Positions 1 through 8,837 of a stretch of 56,227 bases of DNA are shown here, one piece after another. Under the pieces are notes generated by a model. That model made no database searches, was not told the DNA's origin, and saw only the letters and a program-made list of their open reading frames with translations. The number at the start of each line of letters is the position of its first letter. Within the stretch, counting starts at the first letter, position 1. Source of the DNA: Armatimonadia bacterium (GTDB taxonomy: Bacteria > Armatimonadota > Zipacnadia > Zipacnadales > UBA11051); assembly GCA_039683575.1 (NCBI GenBank), contig JBDKRC010000062.1, positions 1 through 56,227 of the forward strand, in the 5' to 3' direction. Both the position numbers and the translations under genes were made by a program.

Positions 1-100
1 AGGAGCGCTCCCCATGCGGACGCAGCGTCCGCCGCGCGACCGTGAGCCGCTAACCCTGAGGGATGGTCGTAGATGGTCGCGCTCGGGGGAACGCTCCTAC
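1..100. repeat. REPIN-like inverted pair of GTAG-family REP palindromes (left copy truncated by window edge)
   Basis: 1-42 AGGAGCGCTCCCC...GCGCGACCG faces 75-100, whose reverse complement is GTAGGAGCGTTCCCCCGAGCGCGACC; a related copy lies at 4511-4554. Confidence 0.7.
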
Positions 101-110
101 CAGCGGCCTC

Positions 111-138
111 TTGAAACCTGCGCCAAATATGTTAGAAT
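111..138 (+). promoter_or_regulatory. Putative sigma70 promoter for nadD (possibly leaderless)
   Basis: TTGAAA (111-116), 16 nt spacer ending TGt, TAGAAT (133-138); ATG follows 7 nt later at 146. Confidence 0.55.
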
Positions 139-145
139 CCCCTTG

Positions 146-796
146 ATGCTCTCTTCGAACACCACGCAACTGACCAGGGTCGCCATCATGGGCGGCACTT
201 TTGACCCGATTCACTATGGCCACCTGGCGGCGGCGGAGGAAGTGGCGGAGCATTATGACCTCGAGCAGGTCATCTTCATCCCAAGCGCGCAGCCGCCGCA
301 CAAGAAGGACTATCCGGTAACGCCCGCCGAAGACCGCTACCTGATGACGGTCCTCGCCACCAACAGCAACGCGCGCTTCACCGTCTCCCGTCTCGAACTC
401 GACCGCCCCGGCCCCTCTTACACGATTGATACACTGCGCGAGCTTCATCGGGCACTCGGACCCCAGTGTGAGTTGTTCTTTATTACAGGGGCCGATGCAG
501 TGCTGGAGATCGTGACCTGGCGCGAGGCGGAAGCGGTGCTCAATGAGGCGCGGTTTCTGGCGGTACACCGGCCCGGATATGACCTGAGCAAGCTGGCGGC
601 GATGATTGGGGAGGATAAGGCGGCGCGGATTGAGCCGTTCGGGCTGCGGGGGCTGGACATATCTTCGACAGACCTGCGGGCGAGGGTGGGGGCGGGGAGG
701 TCACTACGGTATCTGACGCCCGATGCCGTGATTGATTACATTCGAGGACACGGCCTGTACGGCCACCCGGACGGGCAGAAGCCCGGTTTGCGCTGA
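146..796 (+). CDS. nadD: Nicotinate-nucleotide adenylyltransferase
   Basis: GGTFDPIHYGH (HxGH), PPHK, SYTIDT, FITGAD and ISSTDLR motifs. Start moved from 14 to ATG 146 because the upstream sequence is REP DNA. Confidence 0.95.
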   Translation: MLSSNTTQLTRVAIMGGTFDPIHYGHLAAAEEVAEHYDLEQVIFIPSAQPPHKKDYPVTPAEDRYLMTVLATNSNARFTVSRLELDRPGPSYTIDTLRELHRALGPQCELFFITGADAVLEIVTWREAEAVLNEARFLAVHRPGYDLSKLAAMIGEDKAARIEPFGLRGLDISSTDLRARVGAGRSLRYLTPDAVIDYIRGHGLYGHPDGQKPGLR

Positions 797-811
797 AGTC
801 TATCGCCTAAT

Positions 812-2065
812 ATGTCAACCATACGCAATCTTCTCATATATGTGATGGCAGTTTCGGTATTGGCTGTGGGAGCCGCGGCGCGCTATGAACGCACGCCTGC
901 GCCTGCCCATGCCGGGGATGTGTTACAGCCCCTGCCGCAGCCCTTCGCGGGGCAGGAACGTGTGCGCATCGTCATGATCGGGGCGGACGACCGCGAGGAG
1001 CGCGGCCGGTCCGACACGCTGATGGTGTTGCAGATTAACCCCGCGAATGGGCGCGCCGCGCTCGTGTCCATCCCCCGCGATCTCCGGGTTGACATTCCCG
1101 GCCATGGTATGAGTAAGATCAACCATGCCTATCGGTACGGCGGCCCCAGGCTGACGCAGCAGACGGTAGAGGAACTGCTGAGCCTGCCCACTGATGGGGT
1201 TATCAAGGTCAACCTGCAGGGCTTCGTGAAGGCTGTGGATATCCTGGGCGGCGTGGTACTGGACGTGGAGGACCAGGAGGGCCAGGGGCGGGGGATGAAC
1301 TATGACTGCCCGCAGGATGATCTGGTAATCCATCTCAAGCCCGGGCGGCAGCGGCTCAACGGCTACAAGGCCATGGGCTATGTTCGCTACCGCAAGTCCA
1401 ACATCCCTGGCGCGGGCGGGACCGACTTTGACCGGGCCAAGCGCCAGCAGAAGTTCATCAAGGCCATGATCGCGCAGAAGGTGCGAGTCACGAAGCTTCC
1501 GGCCCTTGTCAAAGCCGGAGAGCAGGTGATCGGTTGCGTGCGGACCAGCCTCACGTCCCGACAGGTGCTCGACCTGGCGCGGTTCATTCGTGGGCTGCAA
1601 GATGGCCAGATGAAGTCGTTCACTCTCCCGGCCTCCGATTCGCGGCTCAACGGGGTGTACTACGCTGAACTCGACCAGGCCGAATTTGCGGCTATGATGA
1701 CCGGGATGGAGAGCTTCCTCGCAGGGTCGGGGACGGCGGTGGCCGAGGAGGGCACAGCCGGTACCGCTGAGGTTAGCGGGCCGGTGCGCGTGGAAGTGCT
1801 GAACGGTTCCGGGAAGCCGGGGGCGGCCAAAGCAGCGGCAGACAAGCTTACGGCGGCGGGTTTTTCCGTGGTCAAAGTCGGCAATGCTCCCAGTATCGGG
1901 TATACTGAAAACACCATCCTGTACCGGGGCGACGTGGGTGAGGGTGCGAGGCGCGCCGCGGGGGTCGTGGGCGGAGGGTCCATAGAGCAGGACCCCAGCG
2001 GCCCGGCGCCGGAGGGTTCGGCACAGGTGCAGGTGACCGTCGGCACAGCGTTTCAGATGAACTGA
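812..2065 (+). CDS. LytR-CpsA-Psr (LCP) family glycopolymer transferase with C-terminal LytR_C domain
   Basis: N-terminal hydrophobic anchor; GRSDT, SIPRD, KINHAY, YVRYR, DFDRAKRQQ; C-terminal VEVLNGSG...VTVG. Confidence 0.92.
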   Translation: MSTIRNLLIYVMAVSVLAVGAAARYERTPAPAHAGDVLQPLPQPFAGQERVRIVMIGADDREERGRSDTLMVLQINPANGRAALVSIPRDLRVDIPGHGMSKINHAYRYGGPRLTQQTVEELLSLPTDGVIKVNLQGFVKAVDILGGVVLDVEDQEGQGRGMNYDCPQDDLVIHLKPGRQRLNGYKAMGYVRYRKSNIPGAGGTDFDRAKRQQKFIKAMIAQKVRVTKLPALVKAGEQVIGCVRTSLTSRQVLDLARFIRGLQDGQMKSFTLPASDSRLNGVYYAELDQAEFAAMMTGMESFLAGSGTAVAEEGTAGTAEVSGPVRVEVLNGSGKPGAAKAAADKLTAAGFSVVKVGNAPSIGYTENTILYRGDVGEGARRAAGVVGGGSIEQDPSGPAPEGSAQVQVTVGTAFQMN

Positions 2066-2114
2066 CAACTACCAGTCGTGTGGACTCGGGGGCTCACGCC
2101 ACTGGCTTCTCTGG

Positions 2115-3335
2115 GTGATGATGAAAGATTACCTGATTTACTTACTTGTCTCCCTGATTGTTGCCTCCGGAGCCTTTGGACTGTATGACGATGTCGCAGT
2201 CAGTGCTGGCGGGCTGGATCAGAAGAAAGACCAGAAGAGCCTCGCAGCCCTTCCGGAGCCCTTTGCGGGCGTGGAGCGGATGCATTTGGTGCTTATGGGC
2301 GCGGACGACCGCCCCGGCGAGCCGGGCCGGTCTGATACGCTCATGGTGGTCTGGCTCAACCCCGAGCAAAAGCGCGCAGCGATCATGTCCATTCCCCGCG
2401 ACACGCGGGTTGACATACCCAATCACGGCAGCACCAAGATAAACCATGCCTACGCCTACGGGGGGCCCAAGCTCACGACCATGACGGTCGAGCAACTGCT
2501 GGGCGTGACGACAGATGGTTACGTGAAAGTCAACTTCGAGGGGTTTGTGAAGGCTGTGGACGTGCTAGGCGGTGTTGATGTCGTGGTTCAGGATGTGGAG
2601 GGAGAGGGGCGGGGGATGAACTATGACGACAACTGGGGTAACCTGCACGTTCACCTCAAGCCGGGGCCGCAGCACCTCGACGGCTATCAGGTGATGGGGT
2701 ACTGCCGGTACCGCAAGTCCAACTACCACAACCTGGGCGACGGTGACGGGGGCCGGGCGAAACGACAGCAGGAGTTCCTGCGGGCCATAGTGCAGCAGAA
2801 GCTGAAGGTGAGTAACCTCCCGGCGCTGCTGTCAGCGGGCCGGACGATCATGGGCTGCCTGGACACCAATCTGAGTTGGCGCCAGTGCGTAGACCTGATG
2901 CGGCTGCTCAAATCCATGAACACCGCCGACATCAAGACCGTCACGATACCCGTCGTAGCGGCGCCTTCCGGCGGCATATACTACTCGCAGATCATCGATA
3001 GCGCCTTCCGCGAGATGCTGAGCGAGATCGACCGCCATCTTGACGGGCAGGACACCGCCACGTGCGCAGTGGAAGTGCTGAACGGCTCGGGTGTGCCGGG
3101 AACGGCCAAGAAGGCGGCGGATGTTCTGGAAGCCGCGGGGTTTGAGATCGCCAAGGTCGGCGATGCGCCGAGCGGAGACTATGAGGCCACCGAGCTGACG
3201 TACTCTTCCGAGGCAGAATCGTCTGCGACGGCGGCTGCGGAGGCTCTGGGGGTAGGTACGGCCGAGGCCGCCAACGGAATCAGTGTATCAACAGCCCCGC
3301 TACAGGTCATAGTGGGGAAAGATTTTGTACGTTAG
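2115..3335 (+). CDS. Second LCP family protein with LytR_C domain (tandem paralogue)
   Basis: GRSDT, SIPRD, KINHAY, YCRYR, RAKRQQ; C-terminal VEVLNGSG...VIVGKDF. Confidence 0.92.
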   Translation: MMMKDYLIYLLVSLIVASGAFGLYDDVAVSAGGLDQKKDQKSLAALPEPFAGVERMHLVLMGADDRPGEPGRSDTLMVVWLNPEQKRAAIMSIPRDTRVDIPNHGSTKINHAYAYGGPKLTTMTVEQLLGVTTDGYVKVNFEGFVKAVDVLGGVDVVVQDVEGEGRGMNYDDNWGNLHVHLKPGPQHLDGYQVMGYCRYRKSNYHNLGDGDGGRAKRQQEFLRAIVQQKLKVSNLPALLSAGRTIMGCLDTNLSWRQCVDLMRLLKSMNTADIKTVTIPVVAAPSGGIYYSQIIDSAFREMLSEIDRHLDGQDTATCAVEVLNGSGVPGTAKKAADVLEAAGFEIAKVGDAPSGDYEATELTYSSEAESSATAAAEALGVGTAEAANGISVSTAPLQVIVGKDFVR

Positions 3336-3371
3336 CCTGGCGCGCTCTGAGCGCGCGACGGGGAAGGAGGG

Positions 3372-3728
3372 ATGAGCCTGGATTCTCGTGAGAAGGCATT
3401 AGCGATTGCTGAAATCGCCGACCAGCATGGCGCCCTGGACATGATCATCCTCGACATGCGGGACGTCATGACGATTACAGACTACTTCATCATCTGCCAC
3501 GGACGCTCCAAGGTTCACTGTCAAGCACTGGCCGAGCACATTGAGGAAGAGATGTCCAAGCGTGACATTCACGTCAAGCACCGTGAGGGCGCGCGTGAGG
3601 GGTATTGGGTCATTTTGGACTATCTGGACGTGGTAGTGCACATCTTCGAGGAGGAGGCGCGGCACTATTACGACCTGCGGCGGCTGTGGATGGAGGCGCC
3701 CGAGGTCGAGATGCCGCAGCCTGTCTGA
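3372..3728 (+). CDS. rsfS: Ribosome silencing factor RsfS (Iojap)
   Basis: DYFIICHG, WVILDYLDVVVHIF, RHYYDLRRLW; AGGAGG RBS; canonical nadD-LCP-rsfS synteny. Confidence 0.95.
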   Translation: MSLDSREKALAIAEIADQHGALDMIILDMRDVMTITDYFIICHGRSKVHCQALAEHIEEEMSKRDIHVKHREGAREGYWVILDYLDVVVHIFEEEARHYYDLRRLWMEAPEVEMPQPV

Positions 3729-3733
3729 GCGCT

Positions 3734-4483
3734 ATGACAGACGGCACCGTGGGCGACGAAACGCGGCTGGAGATTCCGCCAACAGCGGAGGAGGTGGCCC
3801 TGGAGCAGGAGTTCGTGCGCCTGTCCGATCAGGCCGCGCTCGACCTGCGCCTGGGACGCATAGCGGCCGCCTGGACGACCACGCAGAAGCTTCTGGAGGG
3901 ATGGCCCGAGAGTACCAGCGCGCAGGAGTTGGCGGGTGATGTTGCCGCGGCACAGGGCAAAGTGGCGCTGGCCCGGCAACACTACCAGGCCGCCATGCGC
4001 CTGGAGCCCGCGAATGTTGACGCCGAGCGCAAGTATGCCATGGCCCTGGTGACCCAAACGCCGGAGGAGCGCCGCCAGGCGCTACTTGCGGGTGTCATCG
4101 CCAATCCGTCGGCACGTACGGGCGAGGGCCGCAAGCCCCTTAACGCTGTACTCAACGCCCTGCTCTTCCCTGGGATGGGGCAGCTTTACAACAAGGAACA
4201 GGAGAAGGGGCTGGCCATGATAGGCGCAGCGGCCTTGTCCCTCATCTGTCTGCTATACGTGCTGATGCCCTATTTCAGCGCGCAAGTGACCATCCGTCGT
4301 GCGGATTCCTCGATGCGTACGCGTGTCGAGGGGGCGCAGGAAGTCATCAACGGCATGGGGGCTGGCAGTTGGTTACTGGTGGCGCTCGCGATTGCAGTGT
4401 ATGTCGGCTTGTACTTGTGGGGAATCTATGACGCCTGGCAGCAGTCCCAGTCGGAGGACGATATCCTGCTGGGCGTGCGCTAG
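3734..4483 (+). CDS. TPR-like membrane protein of unknown function
   Basis: TPR-like helices (AQELAGDVAAAQGKVALARQHYQAAMRLEP), an LFPGMGQLY motif and two to three hydrophobic segments. Start taken as ATG 3734, just after the rsfS stop. Confidence 0.7.
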   Translation: MTDGTVGDETRLEIPPTAEEVALEQEFVRLSDQAALDLRLGRIAAAWTTTQKLLEGWPESTSAQELAGDVAAAQGKVALARQHYQAAMRLEPANVDAERKYAMALVTQTPEERRQALLAGVIANPSARTGEGRKPLNAVLNALLFPGMGQLYNKEQEKGLAMIGAAALSLICLLYVLMPYFSAQVTIRRADSSMRTRVEGAQEVINGMGAGSWLLVALAIAVYVGLYLWGIYDAWQQSQSEDDILLGVR

Positions 4484-4510
4484 CAGTGAGTTTCGAGACT
4501 CGCCGGTATG

Positions 4511-4554
4511 CGGTCGCGCTGCGGACGCGGCTTCCGCAGGGGGAGCGCTCCCAC
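4511..4554 (-). repeat. REP-like palindrome, long form
   Basis: Reverse complement GTGGGAGCGCTCCCCCTGCGGAAGCCGCGTCCGCAGCGCGACCG matches positions 1-42 at 37 of 42 nt. Confidence 0.7.
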
Positions 4555-4585
4555 CATTTCATCCCCGTAGTATCCGCCTCTTTAT

Positions 4586-6955
4586 ATGAATTCCTCTAAA
4601 CCCAAGTCTGAAGCCTGGCGTCTGCCGCGCGGTCCGCTGCAACTGGAGCGGCGGCAGGATTTCGCCGACGACGCGATCATCGGCGGGGTGAGCGGGTTCG
4701 TGCAGCAGTGGGTGCACCAGGCCTCGGCTGTCATCTCGGCCCGGGACTTGCAGGCGGCGCTGGGGAAGCTGGCAGTGGAGGCGGCACAGTACGCAGAGTT
4801 GGGCAAGCCGCAGCGCAAGGCGCTCCTGGCCGAGGTGGAGCGGCTCGGGTCGCTGGTTGAGCAGGCGATGGACAAGCAGCGCACACGGCCGCCGAGCGTG
4901 ATCCCGGCACTGAAGTGGGATTCGCCGCTGTCACAACTCCCCGGCATCGGGCCGGCACGGACTGAGACCCTCGCCAAGGCCGGCCTGGCTACGGTCGGCG
5001 ACCTCCTGCAGTACTATCCCCTGCGCTACGAAGACCGGCGGCAGCCCCAGCCCGTCGCGGGCCTGCAGCACCGCCAGAGCACGACGTTGGTGGTGACTGT
5101 CACCGGCGAGGGCTATCTGGCCTACCGTGGCAGCCAGAAACTGGCGATCGTGCCGGCAACCGACGGCAGCGACCTCATCAACCTCACGTGGTTCAACCAG
5201 CCCTACCGCGCGACGCAGCTCAAGCCAGGGACAAAGCTCGTGGTGACGGGAATGGTGCGCCTGCACAAGGGGCAGGCGGCGCTGGCCGTAGCCGAGGCTG
5301 AGATTGTGCAGGACGAGGAACTGCATGTGCGGCGGATAGTGCCCATCTACAGCGCGCCGCCGTTCTCGCAGGTCGTGATGCGCAAGCTGGTGCAGGCGAC
5401 GCTGGAGGGCTGTAATGACTATCCTGAGGATCGCGTACCTGCAGAGCTTCTGGTCGAGCGGGATCTGATGCCATTGGGGCAGGCCTTTCGCGAGGTGCAC
5501 TTCCCCGGCAACATGGAGACGCTCAAAGAGGCTCGGGCGAGGCTGGCGTATGATGAGCTGTTTGCGCTGCAGGTGCGGCTGGCGCAGCGGCGGCGGGCGG
5601 CAAAGGCCACGCCGGAGTCGGCGGCGGTGGAGGTAGGGGAGGCGCTTGCGGAGCTGCGGGCCGCGCTGCCGTTTGCCTTGACGCGGGCGCAGGAGCGGGT
5701 GATGGGGGAGGTGCTGGAAGACCTGCGGCGGCCTGAGGCGGCTAATCGCCTCATCCATGGCGATGTCGGCGCCGGCAAGACCGTGGTAGCGGCGGTGGCG
5801 CTGCTGGCGGCGGCACGAGCGGGCAAGCAGGCGGCGATCATGGCGCCGACAGAACTGCTGGCACAGCAGCATTACCGGACGCTGAGGGAGCTATTGGGGG
5901 CGCTGGGGGTCGAGCCCGTGCTGCTGACCGGCAGCATGAACGGGGCGGAGCGCCGGCGGCTGCTGACGCAACTCATGACCGGCGAGGCGGCGGTGGCGGT
6001 CGGGACGCATGCGCTGTTTCAGGAGAGCGTGGCGTTCAAAGACCTGGCCGTGGCGGTGATAGACGAGCAGCACAGGTTCGGAGTGCGTCAGCGGGCCATG
6101 CTTGTCGGCAAGGGGCCTCGCCCCAACTGCTTCGTCATGAGCGCTACTCCAATCCCGCGGACGCTTGCGCTGACGGCCTATGGCGACTTCGACGTATCGA
6201 TCCTCGACCAGCTCCCGCCGGGGCGCAAGCCCGTCGTGACCGAGGTGACGACGCGGCGGGAGGTCGGGCGTGGGTACCGGCTGATCTCGGATGTCGTGTC
6301 GCGCGGACGGCAGGCCTACATGGTGTGCCCGATCATCGAAAAGAACGAAGGACGGCACCTGGCGGCGGCTGAGAGTATGTATGCCAAGATTCGCGAGGAT
6401 ATCTTCCCGAGCCTCAAGATGGCGCTGGTGCATGGGAAGATGGACGCGAGCGAGCGCGAGGCGATCATGGAGCGGTTCCGGGCGGGAGAGCTTGAGGCCT
6501 TGATCGCCACCACAGTGATCGAGGTCGGGGTGGATGTGCCGAATGCTACCGCAATCGTCATCATGAACGCGGAGTGCTTCGGCCTGGCGCAGCTCCACCA
6601 GCTTCGAGGCCGGGTGGCGCGCAGCAGCGATCAGGCGTACTGCCTGCTCGTATGCGGCACCGGCAACCTGGACACCATCGAGCGGCTGCAGGTGCTGGAG
6701 CGGACCAATGACGGCTTCCTGGTGGCTGAGGAAGACCTGCGGAGGCGGGGGCCAGGGGAGATGGCCGGTACGAAGCAGGCAGGTGTCCCGGATCTGCGCA
6801 TGGCAGACCTGCTGGCGGATACGCGGACACTGGCAGTGGCGCGGGAGGATGCCTTCCGGCTGGTTGATGAGGACCCGAAGCTGGAGGCGCCAGAGAACGC
6901 GGGGCTGAGGGAGTGGCTGGGTGGGGAGGACGGAGTGGGGGCGTGGACACTGTGA
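4586..6955 (+). CDS. recG: ATP-dependent DNA helicase RecG
   Basis: Wedge domain (WFNQPY), GDVGAGKT, DEQHRFG, SATPIPRTL, TTVIEVGVDVPNA, QLHQLRGR, RGPGE. Confidence 0.97.
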   Translation: MNSSKPKSEAWRLPRGPLQLERRQDFADDAIIGGVSGFVQQWVHQASAVISARDLQAALGKLAVEAAQYAELGKPQRKALLAEVERLGSLVEQAMDKQRTRPPSVIPALKWDSPLSQLPGIGPARTETLAKAGLATVGDLLQYYPLRYEDRRQPQPVAGLQHRQSTTLVVTVTGEGYLAYRGSQKLAIVPATDGSDLINLTWFNQPYRATQLKPGTKLVVTGMVRLHKGQAALAVAEAEIVQDEELHVRRIVPIYSAPPFSQVVMRKLVQATLEGCNDYPEDRVPAELLVERDLMPLGQAFREVHFPGNMETLKEARARLAYDELFALQVRLAQRRRAAKATPESAAVEVGEALAELRAALPFALTRAQERVMGEVLEDLRRPEAANRLIHGDVGAGKTVVAAVALLAAARAGKQAAIMAPTELLAQQHYRTLRELLGALGVEPVLLTGSMNGAERRRLLTQLMTGEAAVAVGTHALFQESVAFKDLAVAVIDEQHRFGVRQRAMLVGKGPRPNCFVMSATPIPRTLALTAYGDFDVSILDQLPPGRKPVVTEVTTRREVGRGYRLISDVVSRGRQAYMVCPIIEKNEGRHLAAAESMYAKIREDIFPSLKMALVHGKMDASEREAIMERFRAGELEALIATTVIEVGVDVPNATAIVIMNAECFGLAQLHQLRGRVARSSDQAYCLLVCGTGNLDTIERLQVLERTNDGFLVAEEDLRRRGPGEMAGTKQAGVPDLRMADLLADTRTLAVAREDAFRLVDEDPKLEAPENAGLREWLGGEDGVGAWTL

Positions 6956-6978
6956 GTATGAGCAAGGGCCCCCGGTAG

Positions 6979-7007
6979 TTGCACTTGAGCCCAGAATGCC
7001 TTATCGT
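6979..7007 (+). promoter_or_regulatory. Putative sigma70 promoter for rsmD (possibly leaderless)
   Basis: TTGCAC-N17-TATCGT; ATG 6 nt downstream at 7014 with no SD sequence. Confidence 0.5.
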
Positions 7008-7013
7008 ATCGCC

Positions 7014-7565
7014 ATGCGCGTGATTGCAGGTTCGGCCCGATCCCTGAAGCTTGAGATCCCCAAGGGGGTGAAGATGCGCCCGACCAGTGACATGGTCCGC
7101 GAGGCGCTCTTCAACTCACTGGGGTACAGGACTATTGACTGCCGGTTTGCTGACCTGTATGCTGGCACCGGCGCCGTCGGCATCGAGGCGCTGTCACGCG
7201 GGGCGGCTTTCTGCGTTTTTGTGGAGCAGAATCCGCGCTGCGTGGAGGCCTTGCGTGCCAATCTGGCGAATACGGGCTTCACAGAGCAGGCGCAGATCAT
7301 CCGCGGCGACTGCCTCAAGCGCGTTGACGAGGTTTTTCGGTCGGAGCCACCGGACATCGTGTTCATGGACCCGCCGTACCGCGAGAGCGCTGAGGAGTTG
7401 CTGGCTGCCGTGGTGCGTCTGGCCCGCCAGGGCGGGCGTGAATGCCTGGTGATTGTACAGTGCGAGAGGGGGATGGAGCCGAGCCTGCCGCCTGACAAGG
7501 CCAAGCGCTATGGCGGCACGTCGCTGCTCTATTATGAGGTGGAGACAGGACGCCTCGGGCTGTAG
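7014..7565 (+). CDS. rsmD: 16S rRNA (guanine966-N2)-methyltransferase RsmD
   Basis: MRVIAG, RPTSDMVREALFN, DLYAGTGAVGIEALSRGA, DPPY; recG-rsmD-coaD synteny. Confidence 0.95.
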   Translation: MRVIAGSARSLKLEIPKGVKMRPTSDMVREALFNSLGYRTIDCRFADLYAGTGAVGIEALSRGAAFCVFVEQNPRCVEALRANLANTGFTEQAQIIRGDCLKRVDEVFRSEPPDIVFMDPPYRESAEELLAAVVRLARQGGRECLVIVQCERGMEPSLPPDKAKRYGGTSLLYYEVETGRLGL

Positions 7566-7645
7566 GGCGGGGGCTCCGTACCCCGCCGATCTTATTTCGA
7601 CTAACTGACGCCACGCGCGGCGGGGTACGGAGCCCCAGCCCTACA
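7561..7645. repeat. REPIN: 28-bp inverted repeat of a GTAG REP with 29-nt spacer
   Basis: TGTAGGGCGGGGGCTCCGTACCCCGCCG (7561-7588) versus reverse complement of 7618-7645 TGTAGGGCTGGGGCTCCGTACCCCGCCG: one mismatch. Confidence 0.85.
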
Positions 7646-7650
7646 AAACC

Positions 7651-8151
7651 ATGTCCAACACACGTATTGCCTTCTGTCCGGGGAGTTTCGATCCCGTCAC
7701 CAACGGCCATGTGGATATCATCAGCCGGTCTGCGCGGCTGTTTGAGCGCGTGGTCGTCGGCGTGGCCGAGGATGCGCAGAAAGACCATGTTTTCACGCTG
7801 GACGAGCGCGTCGAGATGTGCCGCGAGGTGCTGGCGGGCCTGGACAATGTGACCGTGGAGAGCTTTTCCGGGCTACTGGTCGAGGCGGCGGTGCAGGCGG
7901 GGGCGAGGGTCCTCGTCAAGGGGCTGCGGCAGACCTCGGACCTCTCGCACGAGGGGCCGATGGCCTACATGAACCGGAGCCTGCGGCCCGAGATCGAGAC
8001 GATGTTCCTACTGGCCCACCCGGACTATACCTACGTCAGTTCGAGTTTGATCAAATGGGTATGTGGGATGGGGGGCGACATTTCTGCCCACGTACCAGAA
8101 CTGGTCGCGAAGAGGCTGGCAGAGCGGCTGGACGGACCGAAGCGCGCCTAG
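7651..8151 (+). CDS. coaD: Pantetheine-phosphate adenylyltransferase
   Basis: PGSFDPVTNGHVDII, KGLR, IETMFL, VSSSLIK. Confidence 0.96.
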   Translation: MSNTRIAFCPGSFDPVTNGHVDIISRSARLFERVVVGVAEDAQKDHVFTLDERVEMCREVLAGLDNVTVESFSGLLVEAAVQAGARVLVKGLRQTSDLSHEGPMAYMNRSLRPEIETMFLLAHPDYTYVSSSLIKWVCGMGGDISAHVPELVAKRLAERLDGPKRA

Positions 8152-8186
8152 TGCATACTTGTTGTATGTTTGGCTGTAATCTCTCG

Positions 8187-8272
8187 CGTAGGTGGGTGCG
8201 TCTCGCACCCACAGCCCCCCAGTCGGTTCGAGACGAACCGACCTACGCGCAGAGGGACGAACTGACCTACGC
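8187..8272. repeat. REPIN of GTAG REPs with TCT-loop hairpins, plus a partial third copy
   Basis: CGTAGGTGGGTGCGTCTCGCACCCAC (8187-8212); reverse complement of 8222-8247 CGTAGGTCGGTTCGTCTCGAACCGAC; partial copy at 8256-8272. Confidence 0.8.
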
Positions 8273-8328
8273 ATCGCTAAGACCACACCGGTAGCAGTTA
8301 CCCGTTTGCGTTCGATTGGAGGAGCAAC

Positions 8329-8826
8329 ATGGAGATCATGCAGCTCATAAACGAGCTGGAGGCCATGGGCGAAGATGGCGAGCGCCACTGGTACACCCGC
8401 TTTCCGCTGTTTGGCAAGACCGTGGTCGAGGCCGATGAGTTCTACGATCTCATCAGCCAGTTGCGGTCGGCGCTGCCGCAGGAGATGACGGCGGCCTCGC
8501 AGATCACGAACGAGCGAGACCAGATCATCGAAGAGGCCCACCGCGAGCGGCAGAAGATCCTGGATTCGGCCCGCGAGCAGGCCCAGCTACTCGTCTCCAA
8601 CGACAGCCTCGTGATCGAAGCGCAGAATCGCTCCAAGGAGATCGTCAAGGCCGCGCAGGTCGAAGGTGATGCGATCCGAGCCGAGGCTGAGCAATGGGCC
8701 AGAGGGATTGTCGAGCGGCTGGAGAACTACATGAGCCGCATCGCCGCCACGGTCGACAAGACAAAGAAGGCCATGGCGAGCGCCCCCCCACCCGGCAGAA
8801 GCGGCCCCGGTGGTCCCATAGCCTAG
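8329..8826 (+). CDS. Coiled-coil protein (DivIVA / ATP-synthase-b-like family commonly found after coaD)
   Basis: GGAGGA RBS; PLFGKTVV...LPQEM..A followed by repeated Ala/Glu/Gln heptads; conserved genomic position. Confidence 0.8.
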   Translation: MEIMQLINELEAMGEDGERHWYTRFPLFGKTVVEADEFYDLISQLRSALPQEMTAASQITNERDQIIEEAHRERQKILDSAREQAQLLVSNDSLVIEAQNRSKEIVKAAQVEGDAIRAEAEQWARGIVERLENYMSRIAATVDKTKKAMASAPPPGRSGPGGPIA

Positions 8827-8837
8827 AAGTAAGTGAT

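Noticed and set aside
14..145. N-terminal extension of nadD in the ORF track
   Set aside because: Translates REP and promoter DNA; NadD homology begins later
2072..2107. Imperfect hairpin between the two LCP genes
   Set aside because: Weak pairing, single copy in the window and no U-tract; cannot be assigned as REP or terminator
5755..6625. RecG motif deviations (HGDVGAGKT, NAECFG, RGRVAR)
   Set aside because: Core catalytic residues and the full ORF are intact; treated as ordinary divergence
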